Shown piece by piece: positions 52,301-64,000 of a stretch of DNA of 64,000 bases (its first letter is position 1; the number at the start of each line of letters is the position of its first letter). The DNA is from Mytilus edulis. Its lineage: Eukaryota. The DNA is taken from positions 45,384,001 to 45,448,000 of the forward strand of contig NC_092346.1 in the NCBI RefSeq assembly GCF_963676685.1. Direction: 5' to 3'. The notes below the pieces were generated by a model. That model saw only the letters and a list, made by a program, of their open reading frames with translations. It did no database searches and was not told the DNA's origin. The position numbers were made by a program, and so were the translations under genes.

Positions 52301-55300
52301 TGTGTAATTTTTCGGTGCCGATTGATTGTCTTTTTCAACTTTTGAAAAGGTTTAGTCATTATGTTTTGTTTTCAAATACCCTTTCAGCATCCTTATTTTA
52401 AAAAAAATGATCTTACTAAGACTTTTTGGCGCAGATAACAAGTGCAGTGGAAGTATTAATAATAATCTGAAGAAATAAAAAAAACTATTGATACCGTTCA
52501 ACACGCGCTTTTCAGCAATTTATTGTTGATGGTTATGGAAATTCATGCATAAAACATTACCATCATTCGCCAAGAAACAAAAAGACATTTAAAATCGAGA
52601 ACATATTAATCTCTCGAGACGAAATATTATTCGGATTTACATTTACATTCCATTTACACTTTATCGACATCCATTATCTCAAATCCTCAACCTTTAACAA
52701 AATAAATACTTAAACTTGCTAACGACTAGTTTTTATTTAGAATATCAACAAATTCAAAATATCTTTATAAATCTTAAGATGTTTAAATTTAAAAAAAATT
52801 ATACATTCCTGTCAGGAATATGACAATTGTTTTTCAGTCGTTGATAAAGTTGAGCATTTGGTTTAGTCAGTTTTCAAGGACTTCATTCTTCGGTTCGCAA
52901 TTTAAAAAAGTATGATAAACGTTTTTGGAATAACTATGCAGTATGTGCTGTGCTGATTGTTGAAGTCCGCACAGTACCCTAAAATTGCTTAAATCTGCTT
53001 TATCTAGACTTTGGTGGATAGTTGTTTCATAGGTAATCATACCATATAGCCGTATCTTTGATAAATAATAAATAAGACAATGACAAATAGTTGATAATAT
53101 ATTCAATAATTTTTAGACATATCTAATCAAAAACAAAACAACATCGTTTAGAATTAATGATGTTTAATTCTAAAATCCTAAGCCAAAGTTAATCACACAT
53201 AAATCACATCTTCACAAACGCAGTTATCAAGCTGATCTTCTCATTTATTAGTTAAATTGAAGTAGTTACTACAACTGCATCATAACTTGAACAACATAAT
53301 GGGTATAAAGTGTTTGATCAGCTGAGTCAAACGTATCTATTCCCTGAAAGCAAGATTGCATTTCACAATCGAAGGCCTCTAATCTCTGTTAATAGAACTT
53401 AAATTGCACAATTTAATCAGTTACTTTCAAACTGAGCAGCTTAAAGCTTAAATGAGATTTATTGCACTAGAACTTTTACTTTCCATATTAATTACTTTTT
53501 ATCGACGGGTTTAAAAATAGAAATATAATCTGGACCTCTAGTTTTGATTGTGAGTATTCATATGTCGGTTAAAACATAGACAGTAGAATACCCTTGTCCG
53601 TCAACGCATTAGGTTGAAACGATTCCCTCAGTTTTAGTTAGTAATCTTGATGGTCGTATGAATAAATTAATGCGATTTGAACTTCAGTTGACACCTGCTG
53701 TCTTAATCTAAGTCCTCTGTTAAAAAAAAATATGATTTAGATGCATATAATGCATACAATCAGTTAATGGCTACAGTTTTCAAATAATTCTCAATCGTTT
53801 GTATGCATATGATCTGTGTAAATCCGTTTTTAATTGTATTGATTGTATATTTTCCCATGCAATTCAATGCTGCGTGATTACCTCTTCAATGTAGTATGGT
53901 TTCTTTTCGAAATTAGGATTTCAACTTTTCATTTGTCAACTTCCAGCAGTAGTTCTCAAATCCAAGTTCAAACGTTATGCGTTTGTTTAGACTTCGTTCT
54001 TTGTTAAAGACAGACAGCAGATACCAAAGGCACATTCAAACTCATAAAATAAACTCAAAACGCCATTATAAAAAAAAGAAACCAAAAGATAAACAGTATA
54101 CAAAAAAAAAAACATATGAAACTAAAGAATGAGCAACACGAAACGCCTTAAACTGATTGTGATTTCGTTAACAGGTGTGTGTTTCTTACACAAATCATGG
54201 TAATGAGAAATACAGACTGAAATCTACACTATATATAAAATGTTATAGTAACAATCACGAAGTTGTTGACCGAAACATGCGTCGGTGTCTGAACACACTA
54301 TCACTATTGACATATTTCGTGGTCTAGATGTTGAGAAACCAGTAAAGTAGTCTGATTTGTAGATTTATTCGTTTTAACCAATTTTCTACTGTGACATTTT
54401 GACCAAGTGCGGATACGTCTTAATCAATTTACCAGATTTGAACATTGGTAAACCTCTATCGCCTTAATTTGCGGTTATAACATTATAACAGCTAATGAAA
54501 TACGAGCACATTAAATACGTAACAGGGTTTAACAGGCTTGTGATTGGCAATCCTCCTTTTAACATAGACAGTTAAAAGGGAAACGGATTTATGTAAGCTC
54601 TTCTTGTTTCTGAATCCCTGTATTTCTATTGAATAATTGTATTTTGTGCATTTTTAAAAAATAAAATATTGTTTAAACTAACATAGACAGTAGCAGAAAT
54701 AGGACAACATTTAAAAAAACCCTTAAATTAAAGGCAGCAGTTGTTTCCAAAGATACAAATTAAGTTATAATAACTTTGGAAATATAAAATGGGAATTTAA
54801 ATTCATTTCAAAAGGGCTAAAACATACATATATGATGTCTTATATATATGAGGGATTAATATAGATTCTACCACTGCATTGAGTGTGATACGATATTTAT
54901 CTACAAATAAGAAATTTAGAGGAAATAGTTATCAAAGGTACCAGGATAATAATTTAATAACCAAGAAAATTCGACGTCATAATCGGATTTTAACCAATGA
55001 AGAACTGAGATCAAACGAACAACACGTTGATTGAATTCTTTATATAATGGGTGCAGAAAGGGGTAAATTGACGCAGAATTAGAGAAACTAATGTATTTCA
55101 AGTTAAATCATTCAACTTTAATAGAATATGTTTAAAAGGAAAGTGGATATCTTAAAATCTTTTAAAATATGCTTATCACGAAAACTATAAGATCCCTTAG
55201 TTTTTTCTGTACTGTTGTTTGTCTTTCTTTTTGTCGCTTTTCGTGTTTTGCCTTCACACTATCAGTGTGTTGATCAAATGTTGTTTTGTTTTCGTTTATA

Positions 55301-56750
55301 CGGTAGATCATGAAATTAATTTGATTTCTTATCAATTCTATGAGGTATCTTTTGAATTACCGATCCATTATTTTAAATAAGCATAAATGTGAAGGTAAAC
55401 AATTTCACAGTATAAAATTCTGGGGCAATCGTACTAATACATTAGAATTGCAATGTGTTATATCTTCATGTATTATATGATATTTTTATTTATCAATGGT
55501 TATTTATTAGTAACATACTAAGTATGCAGTTTCTGAAACCCATAACTTTCAACTACTGTTTTTTTTAGAAAGAAGACAAATTATTGGAAACCAAAAATTC
55601 GTGCAAATAAGACATGAACACGAAATTGGCAAAACAGGTAATTACGTATGAACGTCTCATCAATATTACCATGCAAAATTATTCATGATATCTGAGATAT
55701 GAAGAATGAATTGAACTTAATTGCAGAGGTATAGACACACAAATTATATGTTGAGAGAAGTTAATGGTTTTCTAAGAACTGAGTTGGAGCCAAAGATAGC
55801 TAAAATGATAAGATGCCTTAAACTGAATGTACTTTATATGAATGTACTTTATATGTATCGTCTTCCTCCTTCTAAAATAGATATTGAGAAAAAGGGAATT
55901 ATAGATTCCGTGACCTGCATTATCATTGCAAACTTAGACTGCACCTGGTCAGCTTTTTAGTCGTATAGATTTTGTGTAGACTTTCAAAAATTGAATTCTA
56001 AAGACTAAAATATTTCATATCCGATCCCTCGGTGACACGCTGTGAAAACTGAAAAGTGCAGTCTCAGCTGCAATGTAGTTGATTTTTAATTGTTTACGAA
56101 AAAGAAATGCATACGACATATTTGTCATTATTCTTCTTCTTTGTCTTGCTGTCGTTTTCCTTTTTTTTTTTTTGGCATGAATTTGTCAGTTTGTTTTGAC
56201 TTATGAGTTTGACTATCCTTAAGGTATCTTTCGTCTCTCTTTTCAAAGACATCGACATATTGATTGGTTGGTGTAGCCAAAATAAAATGTCATAAATATG
56301 TCAATGTAATGCGTATGTGATATATTTGTTTTCTTTCATAAGAGCAAAAAGTAGGAATAAAGCAAATGTGAACGACACACCAATCAAATAACAAAAAAAG
56401 ACACAAAAAAAAAAGCTTTATATGTAAAGATTCGATTTCAGTGTAGTTTTTTTTATATATATGCCCCATTGAAGTTTATAGACAAAGAATTTGTTCGAAA
56501 ATATAATAATCGCTTTAATAAAACAGACCAACTTTAAAAGTGGACGTCGAAAACACGTTTTATTAAGGTCTGTTCCCATAAGAAATCAAAAGGGTATCAA
56601 AAATGTTACTCTGGCATTACGTATTTTTAAGTGTGCTCATAACAAAATACTTCAAATTCTCTGTATATTCTTTTTTTATGATACGAAGGAATGAAATAAG
56701 AAAAAAAGAATAAAAGAATAAAAGAGGTGTGATCGAGTGATGGTTCTTTT

Positions 56751-56960
56751 ATGTGGAGCAGGTTCTGCTTACCCTTCCGGAGCACCTGAGATCACCCCAA
56801 GTTTTCTGTGGGATTTGTGCTGCTTATTCTTTAGTTTTCTATGTTTGTTCATGTGTACTATTGTTTGTCTTTTTTATTTTTTATTTTTAGCAATGGCGTT
56901 GTTAGTTTATTTTCGATTTATGAGTTTGACTGTCCCTCTTGTATCTTTCGTCCCTCTTTT
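56751..56960 (+). mobile_element. Naiad family B 3' tail
   Basis: Matches 17320-17526. Further degenerate tails are near 27960, 28450-28680, 54020 and 56150. Confidence 0.85.
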
Positions 56961-57840
56961 ACTGGGGAGTAATTTTGAAATAAAATAAACGTTTTAACCT
57001 GAGTTGCTGATCTATCTTTTCCCCCTGTAAATCACAAGCACCTCCTCATTCTGAATCTTCGTAAGATAAGTTTGTTTTCGTTTACATGTATTCTTGCAAT
57101 TAAAACACACTCTTACAACGCGAAAACAAAATAATTTAAGGAAAAAATAATAAAGAAATAAATTTTAAATATTATTTCTTTGATAGTAAATGATGTCCAT
57201 GCATGCTCTAACCGCCTATTAAAACTTTTGTTAATTTTGTGTTCTAGCTACATAATCTTAATTTCACTTTCCAATTCCCTTTATTTATCTTTAATCATAC
57301 AGAACTATTAGACTCGTGATATCTCTGGAATATTGAGACTAGTAAACTTGTTTGTTCTAAATTAATTTAATAAAATACTTCGGAGTAAAAGAACGATAAC
57401 TCTTATGACAATTATCTCTTCGTTAAAACATATACATGATTTTATAGATTTTTCATTTACTTCAATTGGTAATTGTTTATTCATATGGAGGACATATTAA
57501 ACAGTAAAGCTGATTAGAAAATAAAGAACAAATTAATATGCGAAAATGTCCATAGGAGTTTAGTTTTGGATAACAGAAGAGAGGAAAATCGGAGTTAAAT
57601 TTACTGTAAAAAGGGTAAAATAATGAGGAATAGAGGGAAATAGGTAAAAACGATAGGAAATAGAGAACAATTATCATCTGCAATAAAATAACGAATGAAG
57701 AAAAAATGTGGTTCTGAAATAAAACGATAAGAGAAAAAACACCATGAAGGAGTACCATCAACTCTTTTGTCCCTGTCATTAAATATATACTGTCGTCCTG
57801 TACACAATGTTTAATTCTGATAACAATGTCTCAATATATA

Positions 57841-57991
57841 ATTATCAAAGGTATCAGGATTATAATTTAGTACGCTAGACGCGCGTTTCGTCTGCATAAG
57901 TGACGCTCTTATCAAAATAAGCCAAACAAGTACAAAGTTGAAGAGCATTGAGGATCCGAAATTCAAAAAAGTTGTGCCAAATACAGCTAAG
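57841..57991 (-). mobile_element. Retrozyme fragment with the hammerhead core deleted
   Basis: acgctagacgcgcgtttcgtctgcataa|gtgacgct lacks the gactcatca segment. The remainder matches 11790-11865. Confidence 0.75.
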
Positions 57992-58189
57992 AAAAATCAC
58001 CAAGAGTTCACGAATGTCTTAAATGAAGCAACTGAAAATCAAGATTTATACAAAATTTTACAAAACCCTGTCAAAAAGAAAGAAAGATGGACAGACAGAC
58101 CATAGTTCACAAAACACTGTATGCAACTTAATATTCAAAACCGAAATTTCATCAATCTGAAGAACTGTTTATTGTTAACATACATAACA

Positions 58190-58833
58190 TGTATTGTGTT
58201 TTGATGACGTATAAAACGTTGGGTAAATGACAATGATGACAAAATATGCCACGTCACCAGATTATTTGATTTATTGTTTCGCAACCGTTTGTTATTACTT
58301 GTAAACACACAGAGACAACATTTACACTATAAAAATGTTCTATAAACATTCAAATACGCTTTTTGGTAATTTTTGTATCATTGTAGCATCCCCCTAATTT
58401 CGATATTTTTAAAGTATGGAAAGCCATTCGTGTCATAATTTGCATACATAATTTTTGATACTTGTCGAGTTTTCAACACATTAAAAGCTGTACACACCAT
58501 TTTTGACTCACAGTTATGTTACCAAACTTGATATATTGTTAATGCATTTATTTTTTATCTGAATGTATGGAACACAATTAGGGTCATAAGCCAATTTTAT
58601 ATTTTTGATTGATAGGTTTTATATTGTGTTTTTATTTGTTCTTTCAGCTTTTTACCGTTCACTTTGGATGTTATACTTACATCATTTGTAATCATTCATT
58701 GAACACCAGCATACCTTTGTTATTCATGCTACATTGTGTTAACAGAGTGGATTATATGACAATAAATAAAATGGTTATCTTTAATAAAGTCCATTAGTTA
58801 ATGCCCAGCAAAGAATAGATGGGAGTCATTACA
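58190..58833 (+). repeat. Candidate 5' LTR
   Basis: TGTATTG...CATTACA termini, AATAAA near the 3' end, and gag ATG at 58890. The second LTR is not in the window, so the left boundary is unverified. Confidence 0.5.
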
Positions 58834-58889
58834 GTAAAAAGACTAAGGAGATTTACCTGGCTAGTGATATAACTTATCCGGCATTCCAG

Positions 58890-61800
58890 ATGGCTGGTAT
58901 GAAAGACAATATTGACTCTGCGTCAAGTACTACATCTGAGATGATCAACACTGCGGATACAGATAAAAGATTTTGCACACTTACCGAGAGTGGTAAAGAA
59001 CTTTTTGAAAACAAACAAAGAAAATTTTTGTTAAAAATGGAAAATGTAAAAAGTGACCTACAGCTTTTAGCAAGAAACATTGATCCATATTCTAATTAAT
59101 TAACACCATTACAGGTGCTCAAAACGAAATTTATGAGTGGAACTGTCCGTTATGACACAATTTGTAAAGAATACCTAGATTTTCTTTCGAGGACTAACAC
59201 TGCTGAAGGCGTGGATGAAGTTCATAAACTATCAGGGGAAATGCAAGATTTAACACACTTTGTGGAAACAGAAGGTAGACGAATGAACACAATCATTAAT
59301 GAGTAACGTGCTATATAGAGAGAAAATTCCTTAGCTAGCAGAAGTTCTAGGAGAAGCCACTCATCCAGAAAAGCACATAGTTCCTCCTCTTCATCAGTCC
59401 TTGCAAAAGTAAGGGCCAAAGCTGAAGCTGCAAAGGTAAAAGTTCAATTTGCAGAGAAAGAAACTTTGTTATTGAAGGACAAGGCGTTTCTAGAAGAGAA
59501 AAAGTCGATAGAATCAGCAAAAGTAGAACGCAAGAAGGCCGACATTGAAGTCGATTTAGACCTGCTTTCTAGACAGAAGGAAGCAGCAGCAGTTGAAGTA
59601 GAGACTGAAGCCTTGCAAAATGAATGTGATGAAAATATGTCACAAGTGTTGCCTGATCAACCACCACTTGATTCGAAATCAAAAACTGCAGCATATATTA
59701 ATCATGTTCAGCAACAAATTGGTTCAATTCATATCGACAAAGAAAACACACATTCAATTCAAATCGACAAAAAAACACACATTCAACTCATGTCGATCAA
59801 GTGGACTGGTCCTAGTGGTCTAAAACACAAGTTCAAAGTATCAAAGCTGTGAATACTAACAATCCGTCAAGAGCTCTAGAGCTAATCTGGGAGAGACAGA
59901 ATGAAAGGTATTGTAGCCCAGAGCTTATCGACAGTGCACTCAAGACAAAGCTAGCAGCTTTTCCTCGCATTACAAACAAGGATTATTTTAAGTTGTATGA
60001 TCTATCAGACATCTTATCAGAGATATCATCTGTCAAAGAAAATGACAATTACAGGGTTTAATTTTTCTATTTTGACTCGTCAATTGGTGTAACGCCAATC
60101 GTAGCTAAGCTTCCATATCAGCTTCAGGAACGATAGACTACTATGGCCGTTAATTATAACGACAAAAACAAAACAATATATCCGCCATTTCATTTATTTG
60201 CTCAGTTTATTCAGAAACAAAGTAAGGTAAAGAACAATCCGAGTTTTTTATATGACAGTCAACAGGCAAACACTGGTTTTAAGGATAAATTACCAACAAC
60301 AAAAGGGAAACTTAATGACGTTCAATAAAGGCAACAGTAGTATACCGCTGTTCAAAACTCATAAATCCATTGACAAAAAACAAAATCGGGGTAACAAACT
60401 AAAACCGAGGGAAACGCATTAAATATAAGAGGAGAACAACGACATAACACCGAAACGTAACACACACAGAAACGGACCAAGCATCAGACAAAACACCACG
60501 AGAATAACAAATATAACATGAAAACCAAATACATGAATTTGGGATAGACAAGTACCGTGCCACGTCTTATCTCAATTTCATAAAATAAGAGAAAACACAA
60601 ACGACTCAACGTTAAAATGCAACACACACAGAAACGAACAATAATATAACAATGGCCATCTTCCTGACTTGGTACAGGACACTTTTAAAGGGGAATAAAA
60701 GTGGTGGGTTGAACCTGGTTTTGTGGCATGCCAAACCTCGCACTTTAATGGCAAAGTTAAATATAACATTGAAATGACAACATAATATTACAGGACTACA
60801 ATACAAATTAATAGAACATATTAGACAAAGAAAAACATGATTAATAGATAACAAAAAGCATCAGGTTTAAAATTCAATACGCCAAAAACGCGCCTTGTCC
60901 ACACAAGACTTACAAGTGACGCCCAGATATAAAAGATCGAAAGTGAAAATAGTACAAAGTTGTACAACACTGAAGATCAAAAGTTGAAAAGGTTTCGCCA
61001 AATACGGCATTGTTTTTATGCCCGGGATAAGAACATTCTTATTATATAGAACAATTCATGCTATTGCAAACAGTAAATTTTATCAAATGAATATGAAAGG
61101 GATATACATAAAGAAACTGAAGTATTAACTAATTACAGAAAACTAAACCCGAATACATAACGCCCAGATATAAAAGATCGAAAGTGAAAAAGGTACAAAG
61201 TTGTACAGCACTGAAGATAAAAAGTTGAAAAGGTTTTGCCAAATACGGCATTGTTTTTATGCCCGGGATAAGAACATCCTTATTATATAGAACAATTCAT
61301 GCTATTGCAAACAGTAAATTTTAACAAATGAATATGAAAGAGATATACATAAGGAAACTGAAGTATTAACTAATTACAGAAAACTAAACCCGAATACATA
61401 ATGCTATTAAAGTTTAACACAGAATAGACACACCCGAATCAGTCCAGGCGTCAACGTAATTAAAAAAAATGTGACGTCAGACTTTGCTGAAACAAAACAT
61501 GAGAGAAGCCAAAGTGTGGATCCTAGTGAGAAATGTTTGATTCATGTAACATCTAAATTAAAGTCAATACAAGAACGTAGGCAATTTTTAAAGTTGAACA
61601 AATTATGTTTCGGATGTTGCTTGTCGGTATCATATTTTAAACGCAACTGTCCTAACGCAATAAAATGTGGGGATTGCGGGAAAACAGATCACCCTACAGC
61701 ATTGCACATAAAAAAATCGAGAGCAACGATCTACAGAGCCATCAGATTAAGATTGGAGCGTTTTGAAGAGGAAAACAAAGTTCAAACTCCTATACAATCA

Positions 61801-62750
61801 GCATGCACACAGGTTTGCATGGATAAATTTGGTGGCAAATCATGCACAAAGATCATACCAGTAGAACTGTATCTTAGTGACAATCCGGATAGAAGGCTAA
61901 AACTATATGCTTTAATGGACGATCAATCGAATAGGACTTAAGGAAAATCGGAACTCTTCGATTAGTTTTGATCAACGAGTGTCTCGGATTTTATCTTGTC
62001 AACATGTTCCGGAAAATCTCAAGCATCTGGTCGAAAGCTTAGTAGACTAATCGTCGAGTCATTAGATAAACAAACTCAATTACATGTGCCTGACATTTTA
62101 GAGTGTAACCTCATTCCAGATTCAAAAGACGAAATACCTACTCAGGAAGTTGTTTTGTTTCATCATCATCTCAGTGATCTCGTGGATTTTATTGAACCTC
62201 TTGACGAAGAGTCAAAAATCTTGCTCTTAATTGGACACGATCTCATTTCTGCTCATCATGTGCTTTATCAAAGAATTGGATATGAGAATGTGCCTTACGC
62301 ACAGAAACTTCCTCTGGGATGGACAGTTATTGGTGAAACTTGTCTCGGAAAACTACACTATCCAGACGACCCTCGTGTTAAAAAGACATACTTACTTTCT
62401 TCGGATAGAATATCAATATTTCCAGCGAGTACAAATAAAATTAAAATTAAGTAAGTGCGTACACTTGAAGTTAATGAAACTGCATACGAAAACATTGGAA
62501 AAGATGTGTTTATTCGCCGTGCTGATGATGATAAACCTGGACTGTCTGGTGATGACAGAGAATTGATTGAATCTATGGATACAAACTTTTGGAAGGACTC
62601 GAGTGGTAATTGGTCCCCCTACTACCGTTTCGACAAGATCGTCAACTTCTACCAAATAACTGGAATCTAGCATGGAAAAGAGCCAAAGGTCTAAATGCAA
62701 ATCTTCGCAAAGATCTTCAGAAGCGTGAACATTTCTTCACTTTTATGAAC
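58890..62750 (+). pseudogene. BEL/Pao gag-protease region, disrupted
   Basis: SSRSSRRSHSS..AKAEAAKVK, LCFGCC...CGDC..DHPTALH, YALMDDQSNRT and YAQKLPLGW. Multiple stops, frameshifts and a 1.15-kb insertion. Confidence 0.88.
60323..61480 (-). mobile_element. Chimeric non-coding retroelement inserted in gag: retrozyme-like head plus family C2 tail
   Basis: 241-bp tandem duplication at 60919-61401, hammerhead scaffold at 60879-60923, twister-like fold at 60655-60752, and a terminus shared with 32732. Right boundary approximate. Confidence 0.75.
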
Positions 62751-62752
62751 AA

Positions 62753-64000
62753 TGGTATTTGCCTATATTCGGGGTTTATCACCCCAAGCAACCTGGGAAA
62801 CTTCGTGCTGATTTTGATTCCTCCGCACAATTTGATGGCGTGTCTCTCAACAATGTTGTGCTTAGAGGACCAGATTTGACGAATAATTTAATCGGTGTTT
62901 TGCTCCGCTTCCGAAGGGAGCAAGTGTCCATTATGGGCTATATAGAACAAATGTTTTACAGTTTCAAAGTTGATGAAAAACACAGAGACTATCTACGATT
63001 TTTCAGGTACACCGACAATGATTTTGACAAGCCTCTAACAGTGTATCGCATGTGTGTAGACGTATTCGGCAATAGTCCTAGTCCTGCTATTGCATCATAC
63101 GGACTCAGAAAAACTGCCATGGAAGGGGAAAATGAGTTTGCCTCCGATATGCTTGATTTTGTCACTAGAGACTTCTACGTTGACGATGGGTTAACTTCAA
63201 AACCTTCTAGCGCCGAAGCAATTGATCTCATGAAGAGAACAAAGTCAGCTTTAAAGTCTATTGGTAACATTCGACTACACAAGATATCTTCAAATGTTGA
63301 GGAAGTCATGCATTCATTTGACAATGAAGATCTTACAAAAAGTCTTAAGGATCTCGACCTTAGTTACGATATTCTTCCAGTACAACATAGCCTCGGTATG
63401 AAGTGGGACCTGGAAACTGATACTTGCACGTACTGCATCGATAGAGTTGTCAAACCGTATACACTTCGAGGATTATTGTCAACAATAAACAGTATATTTG
63501 ATCCTCTTGGATACTTAGCGCCAGTAACTATTAAAGGAAAAATACTGCTCGGGTCAGTTATGACAGGACATATCATGTGGGATGAACCATTACCGGAAGA
63601 GGTTTACAACGCGTGGGAATCTTGTAGAACGTCACTCTTTGATTTGGAAAAAGTAAAATTCAAAAGGATGTTTGTACCTACTTCATTTAGTTCAGCGAAA
63701 ACAAGGAAGATTCACATTTATTCCGACGCATTAGAGAAGGCAATAGCCGCAGTTGGTTACATACAACTAGATGACGATAAGAATTTTGGTTTTGTTATGA
63801 GAAAATCAAAGGTTGCACCCAATCACGGTCATACGATTCCACGCTTAGAACTATGTGGAGCTTTGCTAGCAACCGAAATAAGACAAACAATATCCGACCA
63901 GTTAGATATACCTTTGTCTGATATTCAGTATTATACCGATAGTAAAGTTGTACTAGGGTACATCTTCAATTCATCACGACGATTTTACAATTATGTTTCA
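62753..64000 (+). pseudogene. BEL/Pao pol (RT + RNase H), frame open to the window end
   Basis: WYLPIFGVYHP, GPDLTNNLIGVLLRFR, FGNSPSP, FYVDD (YVDD 63176-63187), FDPLG, YSDA, TIPRLELCGA and YTDSKVVLGYI. The first catalytic Asp is replaced by Tyr (62939-62941). Confidence 0.92.

Larger units (their letters stand above)
58190..64000 (+). mobile_element. Decayed BEL/Pao LTR retrotransposon, running off the window
   Basis: Candidate LTR, Ser-rich/coiled-coil gag, Cys/His knuckles, protease, RT and RNase H in BEL/Pao order. Confidence 0.9.

Overview
AT-rich animal genomic DNA, most likely a bivalve mollusc (Mytilus-like; inferred from the repeat families and the PC2 sequence). It has one assembly gap (47018-47385). 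The only recognisable host gene is the first coding exon of prohormone convertase 2 (6344-6517, minus strand); the rest of that gene lies left of the window. Nearly everything else is transposon-derived: nested Penelope-like elements of the Naiad type, hammerhead-bearing retrozyme copies, tRNA/V-domain SINEs, several non-autonomous DNA transposons, a LINE remnant and a decayed BEL/Pao LTR retrotransposon. The highlight is a 5'-truncated Naiad (16506-19983, minus). Its two annotated ORFs form one 663-codon frame joined by a single in-frame UGA at a position that is Cys in the sister family, and a canonical type II SECIS follows the stop codon, so it probably encodes a selenoprotein reverse transcriptase. 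Further downstream lies a circularly permuted (P5-type) twister-ribozyme-like fold in which P1 is replaced by two palindromes. The same fold recurs with covarying stems in several other retroelement tail families in the window, suggesting that these PLEs, reported to lack canonical hammerheads, use a twister variant instead. All structures were derived by eye and need computational and experimental confirmation.
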